Assembly: GCA_030141605.1 (NCBI GenBank)
Contig: JAQGDQ010001212.1
Span: 1-55,105, forward strand
DNA from: Tubiluchus corallicola
Taxonomy: Eukaryota; Animalia; Priapulida
Length of the DNA: 55,105 nucleotides
Direction: 5' to 3'
Part shown: piece by piece, positions 23,390 to 36,952 of the stretch
Layout of the letters: each line of letters opens with the position of its first letter
Numbering within the stretch: the stretch's first letter is position 1
Made by a program: the position numbers and the translations under genes
Notes under the pieces: generated by a model
Databases searched by the model: none
The model's input: the letters and a program-made list of their open reading frames with translations, nothing else
Told to the model about the DNA's origin: nothing

Positions 23390-23725
23390 TCATTGGTGTA
23401 GGCTGTTGCAGGAGTCCTGCAATCGTAGGTGTGGCTGAACTGACCACGAAATTTGAACTTCGTCACCGGTAACCATTGTTAACAACTGAAACACGTACAG
23501 GGCTCATTGGTGTAGACAGCTGCAGGAGTCTCGCAATCGTGGGTGTGGCCAAACTGACGACGAAATTCGAACTTCGTCACCGGTAACCATTGTTAACAAC
23601 CAAAACACGTACAGGGCTCATTGGTGTAGACAGCTGCAAGAGTCTCGCAATCATAGATGTAGCTGAACTAAGGACGAAGTTTGAACTTCACCGGTAACCA
23701 CTGTTAACAACTGAAACACGTACAC
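23390..23725. repeat. Tandem repeat of about 114 bp, 3 copies
   Basis: cattggtgtag...cggtaaccattgttaacaac...acacgtaca recurs near 23391, 23505 and 23618. Confidence 0.88.
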
Positions 23726-23859
23726 ATACCATAGCCTTGGTGGTGTTACTGAGTTACCTCAGCATGTGAGCAGTGCACATGACCAAGTGTTGAATGTACA
23801 AGACAATCAGCTGCAGCTGTAAAAGCTTTTATGTCGCAGTCAGTCTGAATATCAACCAG

Positions 23860-24317
23860 AAAATTCGAGCTGAAATTGTCTCCGTTCTCGAGCAAAATTT
23901 CGGTACTCGACTAACCGCCAAACACGTGATGAACGCATGCGCGGCAAGACGAGTAGCGCCGAGCGTAACCGACCGCGCCCGAGAGAGGTCACACAAGTGT
24001 TTTTGCTCTTGCTTACGTATACCATCACACTGCTACCAACACGTAAGGTTTTTTCATGCAGGAATAATTATGTTTTTCTTTCTAAGGAATTCTATTATGT
24101 TTTTCTTCTCAATAATATCACATCTACTGTTTGAATAAACATTTTTGCATTATTATATTTCGTTTTAGTAATACTTTACAGTTCATTCGGTGCTTGAGAA
24201 CGGATTATTTGCTTCTACATTATTTCTTATGGGAATAAATGATTCGGTTCTCAACCAAATCGGCATTCAAACATTTTTTAGGAACGAATTACGGTCGAAA
24301 ACCGAGGTATGACTGTA
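23860..24317. mobile_element. Partial Tigger/pogo-like element
   Basis: Right terminus ggtcgaaaaccgaggtatgactg|ta; left TIR not found. Confidence 0.45.
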
Positions 24318-24888
24318 AGGTCATTATCTGACCAATGTAATAAACCGGTGTGGGCGTATAGGCGTTATTGTGGCAGAAATAACGAAGTAGCGTCATCGTA
24401 ATGAGTAATTTAATTACAAGACTAAGCAGAGTAATTGCTGCCTTACATTACTCGTTACTATAAAAGGTAATCTGATCACTAAACGCATTACTAGTAGTGC
24501 ATTACTAACCAACACTGATCATTAATATATGCATAGGAGCATGCTGGTGCTTCATAATGTAAACATAGCCGGTCCAGCTTAAGTAGAGTTCACCAGAGAG
24601 TAATTTTGCTTAAAAGAAAAAAAAACTAGGTTCAGAAGAACGAAGTTAACTTCGTAAAATAACTTTAGTACCTACCTATCTAAACTACTTTACAGGTCAA
24701 ACAAAATAAACAGAAATAACTCTAGTTTTGTGAAGATTTCTGCATAATATAGGCTGCACACGATGATGGAATGTATCAAGTTTCTTCTAGAAAACGCATC
24801 AAACGCTAAATTTCCCATGTTCTCTCCTCCTCCTCGATTAATGAGACATCACATTAGCATAATTTTGATTCAAGATCAAACTGATCTG

Positions 24889-25100
24889 CTAGGAGACGTT
24901 CTCTTTATCTTCCGCTGCAGCAGCAGCCGATTCCAACTCTCTGTTCACTTTTTCACTATGCAGCCTCTGCAGCACGTACTTTGGCATATCACTAGTTTCT
25001 CTTGCGGCAGCCACATCGTTCTTTGGAAAAAGTTTCTTCGGCTGCAACATTTTCATCTCTGTCACGTCGTCACTAGTTTGGCTTGCGGTTTCTTCTGTAT
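24889..25100 (-). CDS. CDCA3: CDCA3/TOME-1-like exon 6 (terminal, KEN box)
   Basis: cacttcag|(D)TEETASQ...PKKLFP...ESAAAAAEDKENVS*; phase 1 matches; ends DKEN as CDCA3 proteins do. Confidence 0.75.
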
Positions 25101-25819
25101 CTGAAGTGAATTGAAAAAGTTATTAGTACACTAAATTTGCGGTTTTTGTTATATTTATTAATAATCATCTTAAGCTATAATCTGATTTGTATTACAATCA
25201 ATGTTGCCATATTCCAACAAAATATTGTGGTGTTTTATATGTCATTTCTATTAAAAAATTAAATTCTGAAGTTCTAGGCTTTACGAAACACAAACATTAA
25301 ATAAACCTAATTTGGTAATTTTACTAATTTATACGACGTTCTATCGACTATCGAATTTATAAGATTGTCATTCATTAAACTAAAATGTTCAAAGTGATCA
25401 GTTCATTCAAAATAATACAAAATGATGTGTTTACTTACATCGTATGTCTCCATAAAGCAAATCTAGTATTTACCAATATATCTGACGAATTATGCCACTA
25501 TCATACTGTGAAAAACTACTTTTAAAGAAGCCTGTTAACGTCTACCAACTAACTCACTTGCCCAGGTAGAAACAGAACTGCACAGGTGAGTGAACGTGGT
25601 CACGTGACCAACGAGATACTTGGCAAAATTCCCTACATGATTTATAATTCTATGCTCGTTAATTATTTTACGTGCTGATAATTGTGTTTGTTAATATTTC
25701 CGGATGCTTAACATTTGAGATAAAATACCGAAAATGACCTTACCGAATTACGTTATACTCGCACGGTTATTCAGTTTGCAGATGTGAATTTAGTGAAACA
25801 TTTATAGTCAAACCTGTGG

Positions 25820-25977
25820 TAAGTGGTGCGTGCCCTCGCTATGCTTATGGCTGCATGTGGTCAGTATCAGTTAAGTGGTGCATGCCCTCGCTATGCTTAT
25901 GGCTGCATGTGGTCAGTATCAATTAAGTGGTGCATGCCCTCGCAATGCTTATGGCTGCATGTGGTCAGTATCAGTTA
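25820..25977. repeat. 52-bp tandem repeat, 3 copies
   Basis: taagtggtgcatgccctcgctatgcttatggctgcatgtggtcagtatcagt. Confidence 0.9.
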
Positions 25978-26254
25978 ACAGTTATGCTGTACACCAAAGT
26001 ATTGATTAATTTTTAATTTAATTTAAGTATTGGTTTGACAAAGTATTAATTTGTGACTTAAAATTATTTTCACATCTTACTGACTAATCCAGCTATGCAA
26101 GTATAACATATGCATGCGCTACTAACTAACAACTGCTGCTATACATTAATAATGCTTTAGATAAAATATAATAATTTAATTTACATTTACATTATAGTTT
26201 AATTTACATAGCTCACAGTACTAATTTAAGTTGAGTCTTGTTATTAAATTAGTA

Positions 26255-26378
26255 GAAGGATGGTAGACTCGATGATCTTTCGGTCTTTTCACAACCCTGT
26301 CTCTCTTAGTAGTCACATCATTTGTTACTGCTATGTTGACTATGTTATTCAGGCAAATAAATTATTCTGTATTCTGTA
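26255..26378 (+). mobile_element. CR1-like LINE 3' terminus
   Basis: gactcgatgatctttcggtcttttcacaacc hairpin, then aataaa and (attctgt)n tail, resembling the canonical CR1 3' end. Confidence 0.55.
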
Positions 26379-26537
26379 ACTTGACACCTGTTACAATAAT
26401 ACCATGATAACAGTCACCCACTAATCACTAACTAACCAGCAGTAAATTGTTAGCAACTCTCAGTTATAGCGAACTCAATATTTGTAACATTATTTACATT
26501 TTACACAGATAAAATCATTAGGACTATATAGAGGTCC

Positions 26538-27200
26538 ACATAGACATAGACATAGACCATTTATTTTCTCCAATTAGTTTAACATCAAACGTTTTTTAAA
26601 TATTAAGTAATGATAATCATGGAGCAGGGCAGGGAAGGACCATAGGGTCATCTAGTCTCCTGCCCTTTCTTATAAATAGATTAGTATATTAAAAATTAAC
26701 GGTGATCTGCAGATAACAAAAACAAAAACAAATAAGAAAAAATAATAATAAAAAACAGTATAAATGATACAAATTATCCAAAAAGAACTGAAAACAAAAA
26801 ATAATAAAGTTGGATACCTAAATCTAAACAAAACAATACAATTAATCAGTAATTATGATTATTATATACAGTAGTTTCAAATGGGGTCTTATTAACAGGG
26901 GAATTTGACCAAGGTTAGTGAATAAAGTTAAAAACTGAGAGTATCGAAAGAAAAAAATATGCATCAAAAAAGTGTAATATAGAAAAATTTATGGGAAAAA
27001 GTAAGTATGAGAAAGAGCAACAATTACTGAGGAGATGAGGAGAAAAAAAGAAAGGAAAAGAAAAAAACTGTTTTATCGACTCAAATTTAGAATGGTTAAT
27101 TTAGACTCTGATAGACACTTAATTACCTGATTTAAGCGCTAAATTAACAATTAATTAATCAACTATTTAATCAAGAGGTGCATCATTATACAATAGAAAA
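26538..27200 (-). mobile_element. CR1/L2-like LINE 3' fragment
   Basis: Minus strand: gactagatgaccctatggtccttcc hairpin, aataaa, (gtctat)n tail; 5' boundary approximate. Confidence 0.5.
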
Positions 27201-27281
27201 TGTTTTTGAATGATACAAGTGTCGCCACCTACAAAATTATTCCACTAATAAAAACTAGGCCGATGTTGCTAACGAACATAC

Positions 27282-27368
27282 CAATGTCGCCATTAGACGT
27301 TACGTCAGATGCACAGGAACTTTCCGATAATTTGTGGTACGTTTCTCCCTCCCCTCGATTGACTGCTG
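27282..27368 (-). CDS. CDCA3: CDCA3-like exon 5
   Basis: attttag|(T)AVNRGEGETYHKLSESSCASDVTSNGDI|gtatgt; 87 nt, phase 1/1; tandem tag-cag-cag acceptors. Confidence 0.62.
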
Positions 27369-27382
27369 CTAAAATAAAATGT

Positions 27383-30258
27383 ACGTAAATAAAACACAGT
27401 TAAGATGAGAATTTGTCAAAGATACGTAAATAAAACACAGTTGAGATGAGAATTTGCCAAAGATACATAAATAAAACACAGTTGAGATGAGAATTTCCCA
27501 AAGATACGTAAATGAAACACAGTTGAGATGAGAATTTGTCAAAGATACGTAAATGAAACACAGTTAAGACGAGAATTTGTCAAAGATACGTAAATGAAAC
27601 ACAGTTAAGACGAGAATTTGTCAAAGACACGTAAATGAAACACAGTTAAGATGAGAATTTGTCAAAGATACGTAAACGAAACACAGTTAAGATGAGAATT
27701 TGCTAAAGATACCTAAACGAAACACAGTTAAGATGAGAATTTGCTAAAGATACCTAAACGAAACACAGTTAAGATGAGAATTTGTCAAAGATACGTAAAT
27801 AAAACACAGTTAAGATGAGAATTTGCTAAAGATACCTAAACGAAACACAGTTAAGATGAGAATTTGTCAAAGATACGTAAATAAAACACAGTTAAATTGA
27901 GAATTTGTCAAAGATACGTAAATGAAACACAGTTAAGATGAGAATTTGTCAAAGATACGTAAATGAAACACAGTTAAGATGAGAATTTGTCAAAGATACG
28001 TAAATAAAACACAGTTAAGATGAGAATTTGTCAAAGATACGTAAACGAAACACAGTTAAGATGAGAATTTGCTAAAGATACCTAAACGAAACACAGTTAA
28101 GATGAGAATTTGCTAAAGATACCTAAACGAAACACAGTTAAGATGAGAATTTGTCAAAGATACGTAAATAAAACACAGTTAAGATGAGAATTTGCTAAAG
28201 ATACCTAAACGAAACACAGTTAAGATGAGAATTTGTCAAAGATACGTAAATAAAACACAGTTAAATTGAGAATTTGTCAAAGATACGTAAATGAAACACA
28301 GTTAAGATGAGAATTTGTCAAAGATACGTAAATGAAACACAGTTAAGATGAGAATTTGTCAAAGATCCGTAAATAAAACACAGTTAAGATGAGAATTTGT
28401 CAAAGATACGTAAATAAAACACAGTTAAATTGAGAATTTGTCAAAGATACGTAAATGAAACACAGTTAAGATGAGAATTTGTCAAAGATACGTAAACGAA
28501 ACACAGTTAAGATGAGAATTTGTCAAAGATACGTAAATGAAACACTAAAACACAGTTAAGATGAGAATTTGTCAAAGATACGTAAATGAAACACAGTTAA
28601 GATGAGAATTTGTCAAAGATACGTAAATGAAACACAGTTAAGATGAGAATTTGTCAAAGATACATAAATGAAACACAGTTGAGATGAGAATTTGTCAAAG
28701 ATACGTAAATGAAACACAGTTAAGATGAGAATTTGCCAAAGATACGTAAATGAAACACAGTTAAGATGAGAATTTGTCAAAGATACGTAAATGAAACACA
28801 GTTGAGATGAGAATTTGCCAAAGATACGTAAATGAAACAGTTAAGATGAGAATTTGTCAAAGATACGTAAATGAAACAGTTAAGATGAGAATTTGTCAAA
28901 GATACGTAAATGAAACACAGTTGAGATGAGAATTTGTCAAAGATACATAAATGAAACACAGTTAAGACGAGAATTTGCAAAGATACGTAAATGAAACACA
29001 GTTAAGACGAGAATTTGTCAAAGATACGTAAATGAAACACAGTTAAGATGAGAATTTGTCAAAGATACGTAAATGAAACACAGTTGAGATGAGAATTTGT
29101 CAAAGATACGTAAATGAAACACAGTTAAGATGAGAATTTGTCAAAGATACGTAAATGAAACACAGTTAAGATGAGAATTTGTCAAAGATACGTAAATAAA
29201 ACACAGTTAAGATGAGAATTTGTCAAAGATACGTAAATGAAACACAGTTAAGATGAGAATTTGTCAAAGATACGTAAATAAAACACGGTTAAGATGAGAA
29301 TTTGTCAAAGATACGTAAATAAAACACGGTTAAGATGAGAATTTGTCAAAGATACGTAAATAAAACACAGTTAAGATGAGAATTTGTCAAAGATACGTAA
29401 ATGAAACACAGTTAAGATAAGAATTTGCCAAAGATACGTAAATAAAACACGGTTAAGATGAGAATTTGTCAAGGATACATAAATAAAACACAGTTAACAT
29501 GAGAATTTGTCAAAGATACGTAAATAAAACACAGTTAAGATAAGAATTTGCCAAAGATACGTAAATAAAACACGGTTAAGATGAGAATTTGTCAAAGATA
29601 CGTAAATAAAACACGGTTAAGATGAGAATTTGTCAAAGATACGTAAATAAAACACGGTTAAGATGAGAATTTGTCAAAGATACGTAAATAAAACACGGTT
29701 AAGATGAGAATTTGTCAAAGATACGTAAATAAAACACGGTTAAGATGAGAATTTGTCAAAGATACGTAAATAAAACACGGTTAAGATAAGAATTTGCCAA
29801 AGATACGTAAATAAAACACGGTTAAGATGAGAATTTGTCAAGGATACATAAATAAAACACAGTTAAGATGAGAATTTGTCAAAGATACGTAAATGAAACA
29901 CAGTTAAGATGAGAATTTGTCAAAGATACGTAAACGAAACACAGTTAAGATGAGAATTTGTCAAAGATACATAAACGAAACACAGTTAAGATAAGAATTT
30001 GTCAAAGATACGTAAATAAAACACGGTTAAGATGAGGATTTGTCAAAGATACGTAAATAAAACACGGTTAAGATGAGGATTTGTCAAAGATACGTAAATA
30101 AAACACGGTTAAGATGAGGATTTGTCAAAGATACGTAAATAAAACACGGTTAAGATGAGAATTTGTCAAAGATACGTAAATAAAACACAGTTAAGATGAG
30201 AATTTGTCAAAGATACGTAAATGAAACACAGTTAAGATAAGAATTTGCCAAAGATACA
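27383..30258. repeat. 41-bp tandem array, about 70 copies
   Basis: Unit gatacgtaaatgaaacacagttaagatgagaatttgtcaaa. Confidence 0.98.
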
Positions 30259-30994
30259 TTAGCTCTAATGATTAACAAAGTTTAGCGTAGCCTTGCAGTC
30301 AATAACTCACTTTTTATTGATCCTGATTAAAATGAACAGACGGAAAGTTTGCGCAAATGATGATAATACAACGGTAAAAAATATAATAATAAAGACGTAT
30401 ATGACGTAAATCTTTATAAGAGTATAATCATTAATGGCAACGGTGCAACTTTAGATTTTTTTTAATATAAGATGCTAAAAGAGTGAAAATTTTTTTTAAA
30501 ATAGTTACGAATTTGAATTGTGTGATTATCTGTCAATGCACCAGTTACTTGTACCCAAATTTACGAGGGGGAGAAGAGATTAAATTATACGTTATACTTG
30601 TAGTAATAACTATAATTGTATAGAACATTTAAATATAATTGATGGTTGTAATGTAGCCATCATAACCATGACTTGTAACGATGTAAAGATTTTTTGTGGT
30701 ATTTATACATTATGAAAATACTTGTTAGCGAACTTCTAAGCAAACTGCAGAAATTTCTCAACGCGTATCTTCATCACAGCTTGCCTTCACGGCATTCACG
30801 CTGCTCAGCAGACACCAGTTTACGTCATTTTTTTCAAATATGCCGGCAGCGACGTTCGTTTGGCGGGAGATGAGAAATATTTAAATTTCTTTTACATTTT
30901 TAAGCAAAACATTCTATGCGCATATATTATGTGATGATTTCAATATTTCTAATTGTATATAAAAATGTTGTATGGGGGTTGGTTCTTCCCCTAA

Positions 30995-31451
30995 CCCTTT
31001 CATACCCGTTGTAGCGCGTGGGATACGAGAATATTTTCTGCCTTTAAAATTAATAAAATTTTAAAAATGACAGTTATTTGATCTGTTAATTGTTATTTTG
31101 ATTTAAGCCAATAACAATAGACTAAAAATAGTGATAAAATGGCAAACTAGAAAATCTACATAGCATAAAAAACTGCTCGAGGTACAGTACTTTAGAGACG
31201 ACTTTGTACAGATCAGCATAGCGTGCATACTAAATGTCTTAAATACTTTAAAAAATTATCAGCAGTTGCAAAATGAAGCACATTTTATGCTTCCATTGAA
31301 TCCCAATGTATCCCGTGGGATACAGGCTATATTTAGCACGCGGGCACAGGTAGAAAAAAAAATAATCATGTAAACAAGATGGACATACTGAAGAAAAGTA
31401 CCAAGCCAAAAAATTTTTTCTTATTAAAAAAATAATTTGGGACTGAAAGGG
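30995..31451. mobile_element. piggyBac-like MITE
   Basis: ctaa|ccctttca ... tgaaaggg|ttaa: CCC/GGG termini with TTAA-type target (left copy has one mismatch). Confidence 0.65.
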
Positions 31452-32249
31452 TTAAGAGTGAAGAAACTTTGATGAAACGAACTTTACACACAATTTCCTA
31501 CTCAGCAAACCATTAAAGGTATAAATGACAACAACCAAAGCTAGAAATCCTTAAGCAGCTTAAGCCGGCAAACAGCTTCCTTCAAAAAATCAATTTACAA
31601 CCCATCATTGCTTTACTGCAACACACGGCTAAGCTGGGACGTCTTGTTATGAATGAATGATATTCAATCAATGAATTCTGGACGGGCAGCTAATCAATAC
31701 TCACTGTGCTGTAGGCTAATGGTAGGCTCACTATTGTACGATGCATTCACAATGTATCGTGTAGCAAGCGCATTCCAATAATAATGACTTTGCCCGACAC
31801 AACACTAAACATTGAGCAAAATAACGCACACGGGACGCAGCCACGGTAATTGGCTTGGCAAGCAACAATGAACAGCTTAGATTAGGCAATTTAACCAAGT
31901 TAACTTACACGCCGCTCATATAAAAGAGAACAGTCATCACACTGGTCTATGGTAACTGATTATATAGAAAAACTTTGTCTGAGTTTTTATACAGTTAAAT
32001 TACACTACAGTCGGTATCCAGTACTCAAAAGCACCTTTACTACTAATGGCAAATTGTGTGGCAGGACCGAAACTTACCTTATTACTAAAAATGACCCTTT
32101 AAGATAAGGCATCGAAATGTGACTTAGTTAGGTTCAGATACGGTTACAGGTGATGATCCAAAAGCAGTTTTATTGCTAGTCACCCATTTAGTCATTAACC
32201 TGCTCAATGCTGTTTAACTATCGTGAAATTAAATGAAAATGCGAAAAGA

Positions 32250-32385
32250 ACTACTACTGCTGCTGCTGCTACTACAACTGCTACTACTACTATTACTACT
32301 ACTGCTGCTACTGCTACTACAACTGCTACTACTACTATTACTACTACTGCTGCTGCTGCTACTACTACTACCACTACCACTACTA

Positions 32386-32474
<89 letters not shown>

Positions 32475-32517
32475 GCTGCTGCTGTTGCTGCTACTACTAC
32501 TACCACTACCACTACTA

Positions 32518-32552
<35 letters not shown>

Positions 32553-32595
32553 ACTACAACTGCTACTACTACTATTACTACTACTGCTGCTGCTG

Positions 32596-32651
<56 letters not shown>

Positions 32652-32700
32652 GCTGCTGCTGCTACTACAACTGCTACTACTACTATTACTACTACTACTA

Positions 32701-32734
<34 letters not shown>

Positions 32735-33018
32735 ACTACTACTACCACTACCACTACCACTACTACTACTACTACTACTACAACTGCTACTACTACTATT
32801 ACTACTACTACTACTACTACAACTGCTACTACTACTATTACTACTACTACTATTACTACTGCTGCTGCTACTGCTGTTGCTGCTGCTGCTGCTGCTACTA
32901 CTACTACTACTACCACTAGCACTACCACTACTACTACCACTATCACTACTACTACTACTACTACTACTATCTACTACTACTACTACTATTACTACTACTA
33001 CTACCACTACCACTACTA
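32250..33018. repeat. Compound (CTA)n/(CTG)n/(CCA)n trinucleotide tract
   Basis: Directly visible; internal blocks are themselves duplicated. Confidence 0.97.
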
Positions 33019-33704
33019 ATCTTTGCTATATTTTATACTTTCTTCCAAGCACTTCTGCTAATGAGTGACACACGAAGTTCCAACATCAGCAAACATTCCA
33101 ATTCAAATGTTTGCACAGCAACCACTATTTGCTACTTTGAGTTTAACGTGTTTTCGTCTTTTTGCATAAAGTCTTGCCTGATATAACCTTGTAAAAAATT
33201 GCAAAGTAAAATCTGTCAAGCCGTCAAAAGACGCTTAGAGCCCCCGCTGGGAATGGCTGAAAAACCAACATTTTTAATTGTGGAACATTAGGATTATTTG
33301 AATTTCCGCTGAACTTAACTTGGTGATCGAAAGACCCTCTGCCAAACTGAGATCTTCACCTTAGTTCTAACGTTACTGTGGTTACCGTAGCAACGGGTTC
33401 CAATAAAAAAAGCAAATGAGCCCTTTAGGAGAAAATTTTGAAAAGGAAATTAGAAATCAATATGTATGGAAACTTTTAAGCATGAAAGTTCATCACAAAA
33501 GGCTAGCTAACCTACTAATTAAGACAGGAGGACTTCTGATTCCGGGTAAATCCAGGACAGTTCCAGCTTTTTCACATTTCCCTTCTTTTGGTTAAATTGA
33601 ATCTAAGAAAATTCCTTGGTGTAGATTTGTTTTGCGGTTTAGTGATGTAGCGATACGCTCATAGCTACAACTGCAAACCACACACAGTAGTTATTCAAAC
33701 TTAC

Positions 33705-33822
33705 TTAAACACTCGACACTATCAGTAAAAACCGGCGTCCGAACAATCTCACATGTTGGTGACCGCGGGTCTTCTGTCATTAGTTCTTGCCCAATAGGTG
33801 ACCCCATTTCACTTGCAGATTC
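33705..33822 (-). CDS. CDCA3: CDCA3-like exon 4
   Basis: tgtacag|ESASEMGSPIGQELMTEDPRSPTCEIVRTPVFTDSVECL+a|gtaagt. Confidence 0.82.
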
Positions 33823-34027
33823 CTGTACAAAACACAAAGAAACTGATATTCAGAAGGTTTCAGCTTTCAGAGAATCATATAAGCAGCAAAGGCAGCAACG
33901 CTTAACTACGCCACAGCGAATTTAATCGTTAATTTAGGATGAGGCATCAATATTTAATGAAGAAATGGGCATAACACGTGAAAGCAATCCGTAAAAGCAG
34001 TTCAACGAAATCTTTGCTGGCATTTAC

Positions 34028-34216
34028 CGTGATTGGAGTCCTGGATATATCCTTGCTAGGTGACCTTGGGTCTTCACCTTCAACATTCGAGGTATGAATC
34101 GTTGCGGAATGTTCAGAAGAGGCACTTTGTCGTGTAGGCGTGCTCGACGTATCAATGTGCAGGTATTTTGGCCTTTGCCTCACAGCTCCGATGCCAAAAT
34201 CCGGGGAACTTTCAAT
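34028..34216 (-). CDS. CDCA3: CDCA3-like exon 3
   Basis: atttcag|IESSPDFGIG...EGEDPRSPSKDISRTPIT|gtaaat; 189 nt, phase 0/0. Confidence 0.85.
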
Positions 34217-34396
34217 CTGAAATAAAAAAAACGGGATCAGTGCAAATGGAAAGAGTGATATACAAACGTAAAGAAACAATTTATCACTACAAGAAGCCAA
34301 GTCTATCTTAACAAGGAGTTTGTAAAGTGGAAACGTTTAAAAAAGTAAAAGAAAGTACCTTACCACCATCAGTGCAAAAATTTCAAATCCAATTAT

Positions 34397-34850
34397 CAGG
34401 GTTCTCACAGAATTTTAAAATAAATTTCCCTGACTTTTCCCTGACCAAATACTGATTTTCCACGACCAAGGTAAGCAGAAATTGCATTACCAGTATACTT
34501 TTTCAAAAATTTCTGAGTAAGGACATTCATACAAATACTGATATATAATGTGTCGGCACAGTCGCAGTAGTGCTAATGAAATTACAATAATCATATTAAA
34601 TAAACTTTCTTAATCCAATCATTATTTCTGGAACAGAAATCAAAACTGGGAACCTGCCATAGGAAAATTTTATTTGAACACAAATCGCTGAAAAATATGT
34701 ACGGGAAAATATCGGTTCACGGCGATTATTTTTGCAACCCTTTCCAATTTCTCCGACTTTTTGCCCCATTTTCATCATTTTCACTGACTTTCCAGGACAG
34801 CCTGTATTTTCAAGGATTTTCCAGGATTTTCCCTGACCTTGGGAACATTG
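34397..34850 (+). mobile_element. Non-autonomous DNA transposon, family A copy 3
   Basis: cagggttctcacag ... ttgggaacattg; homologous to 1-381. Confidence 0.7.
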
Positions 34851-34974
34851 GTTATTCGTATCAGGTTGGCTCCACATTAATAAGATGATTAAATTAACAT
34901 TGTAACATTAACGTAGGAAATAAACTTATAGTGGATTGGATTCCTGGTATGTAGATGCAGGCACATATGTACTC

Positions 34975-35457
34975 TCTTGTTTCTCTATAAATATATCAAC
35001 AATATTAATTCTCCATTCAAAAACAATAAGCTCCCACTTCTTAAAAACCCCAGTATGAATAACAGAACACTAAATTTAAGAAACATTAGAACGAATAATC
35101 AATATGGAAAGAATTCCATTACTAAGCAAGCAATACAACTTTGGAATTCATTGCCGACATCACTAAAACACAGCAGCTCTTTATCAATATTCAAGTCTAA
35201 ATTAAAAAAACATTTAATGACGCGTTTTGAATATCCGACATACGAACACGATGATACGTACTCAAATCATAATTTCATTTTTCCTAGACCTTACTAAACT
35301 AGTTTATATTTTATTTTTGAATTTCTAGTTGCACTTATAGTTTAGCTTGCACCAGACGCGTTTGCCCAGAACAGTGAATGTTTTTTATATGAACTAACAC
35401 TGATTGTCTGTCTTTTAATATGATGGTCAATGTTTTTGAAATGGCAAATAAAGATTT
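34975..35457 (+). mobile_element. CR1/L2-type LINE 3' fragment
   Basis: ORF reads RTNNQYGKNSITKQAIQLWNSLPTSLKHSSSLSIFKSKLKKHL (WNSLP...FK.KLK LINE C-terminal signature), then a 3' UTR and aataaa. Confidence 0.8.
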
Positions 35458-35549
<92 letters not shown>

Positions 35550-35617
35550 TTACTACTATCACTACTACTACTACCACTACTACTACTACTACTACTGTTA
35601 CTACTACTACTACTACA
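35458..35617. repeat. (CTA)n/(CTG)n microsatellite at the LINE tail
   Basis: Starts a few nt after the LINE aataaa. Confidence 0.95.
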
Positions 35618-36036
35618 TTAAATTAGATTTTCAGGTTACAAAATGCTATAGATAAACTGAGAAGCCAAGTTACTCGTAGCATCAATCCCGACTATTCAGC
35701 AGAAGAGGTTACTAACTAGTTTACAGGCTGTCCCGGAAAATGTTTGTTTAGCAGATTCGCACAGCCAATTCAAGTTAGGCAGAGAGCCTAGCTGAAATTT
35801 GTTAAAGAGAGTAAATAAAGTTGACCAGGGAATGTGGATAGGCTTCTACATTGATCTAGAGCTCACAGCAGCTGTACCGACTCTCATGTATCAGTCACGT
35901 TACAGCTGGCTGTGTCTCTACACTACTGCACACAGTATTAACCTCAATATCTTGTGTGGAGATGCAATGGCGTCCCGTTTCGAAAGGGCACGTAATACGC
36001 AAAATTCCGATTTTCCCAACAATATTCATAACTACA

Positions 36037-36401
36037 GCACGTTGATGAAAAAATAAAACAAGCTGCATCAAGGAGAAGCATACACTAAAATAGGAAATTC
36101 CTCAAAAATGACACCGATACTCTTGATACCGAATTTAGGAAATAACATTTTCAGCTTATAATTCAATTTAATTCAATTCAGTTTTATTTGCACGTTGATG
36201 AAAAAATAAAACAATCAAAGCCCTAGATTGGACGATCTTTATTAAATGGAGAAATAAAACAAGCTGCATCAAGGAGAAGCATACACTAATTAAATTAAAT
36301 AGAAAATTCCTCAAAAATGACACTGATACTCTTGATACCGAATTTAGGAAATAACCACATCAGCTTATAATTCAATTTAATTCAATTCAGTTTTATTTGC
36401 A
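36037..36401. repeat. Imperfect local direct duplication (about 155-210 bp units)
   Basis: gcacgttgatgaaaaaataaaacaa and gctgcatcaaggagaagcatacac...ttcaattcagttttatttgca each occur twice. Confidence 0.8.
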
Positions 36402-36838
36402 GAAATACATACAATGTACATTGGCAAAGCAATACACGTTAAATGCTACATAACCCGACAATAGTCATTTGCTTAGAACGATATGCAGCCAGCTGATCTA
36501 AAACGGAACATTTTCTTTAAAATAATAATTTTATGTGCGAGTTTATCGTTCTTACAATTATTCTCATTTTTATCATTGCTAAATGTTACCAGCAGTTAGA
36601 GAAGAGAACAATATAAACCTCCATAAAGATTCATTTCATCAACCATCCACTCATTGTACTGGGATACTCATCATACACCGTATATAATATTAGAATTTCA
36701 ATCTAGCTGTATATAAGCTACAATTCAGGGATGAGAATGACAAATTGCAAAAAACTCTGAAACAACCATCAAACTTGAAAAACTTTTATTCTTCTGAATT
36801 TCAGATGTTAAATGTATAGTGTGTCTTAGTAGATCTAC

Positions 36839-36952
36839 CTGGATTGGCGTCCTCGGTACATTTTCAGTCGGCGACCTTGGATCTGCATCTTTAGGTACTT
36901 GAGTGCTGTCTAAGGCAGTCGGTAATGTTTTCAGTCTAGGCGTTTGCTCCAC
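36839..36952 (-). CDS. CDCA3: CDCA3-like exon 2
   Basis: atttaag|VEQTPRLKTLPTALDSTQVPKDADPRSPTENVPRTPIQ|gtagat; 114 nt, phase 0/0. Confidence 0.85.

Noticed and set aside
23390-23725. 114-bp repeats as a coding repeat exon
   Set aside because: The minus-strand frames I read contain stops, the ORF track shows no long ORF on either strand, and unit length varies.
24763-25104. 113-aa plus-strand ORF
   Set aside because: Antisense to the CDCA3-like terminal exon; no recognisable protein.
32204-33068. Mucin-like poly-Thr, poly-Leu and poly-Val ORFs
   Set aside because: Open in several frames only because of trinucleotide repeats; intronic; no supporting splice sites.
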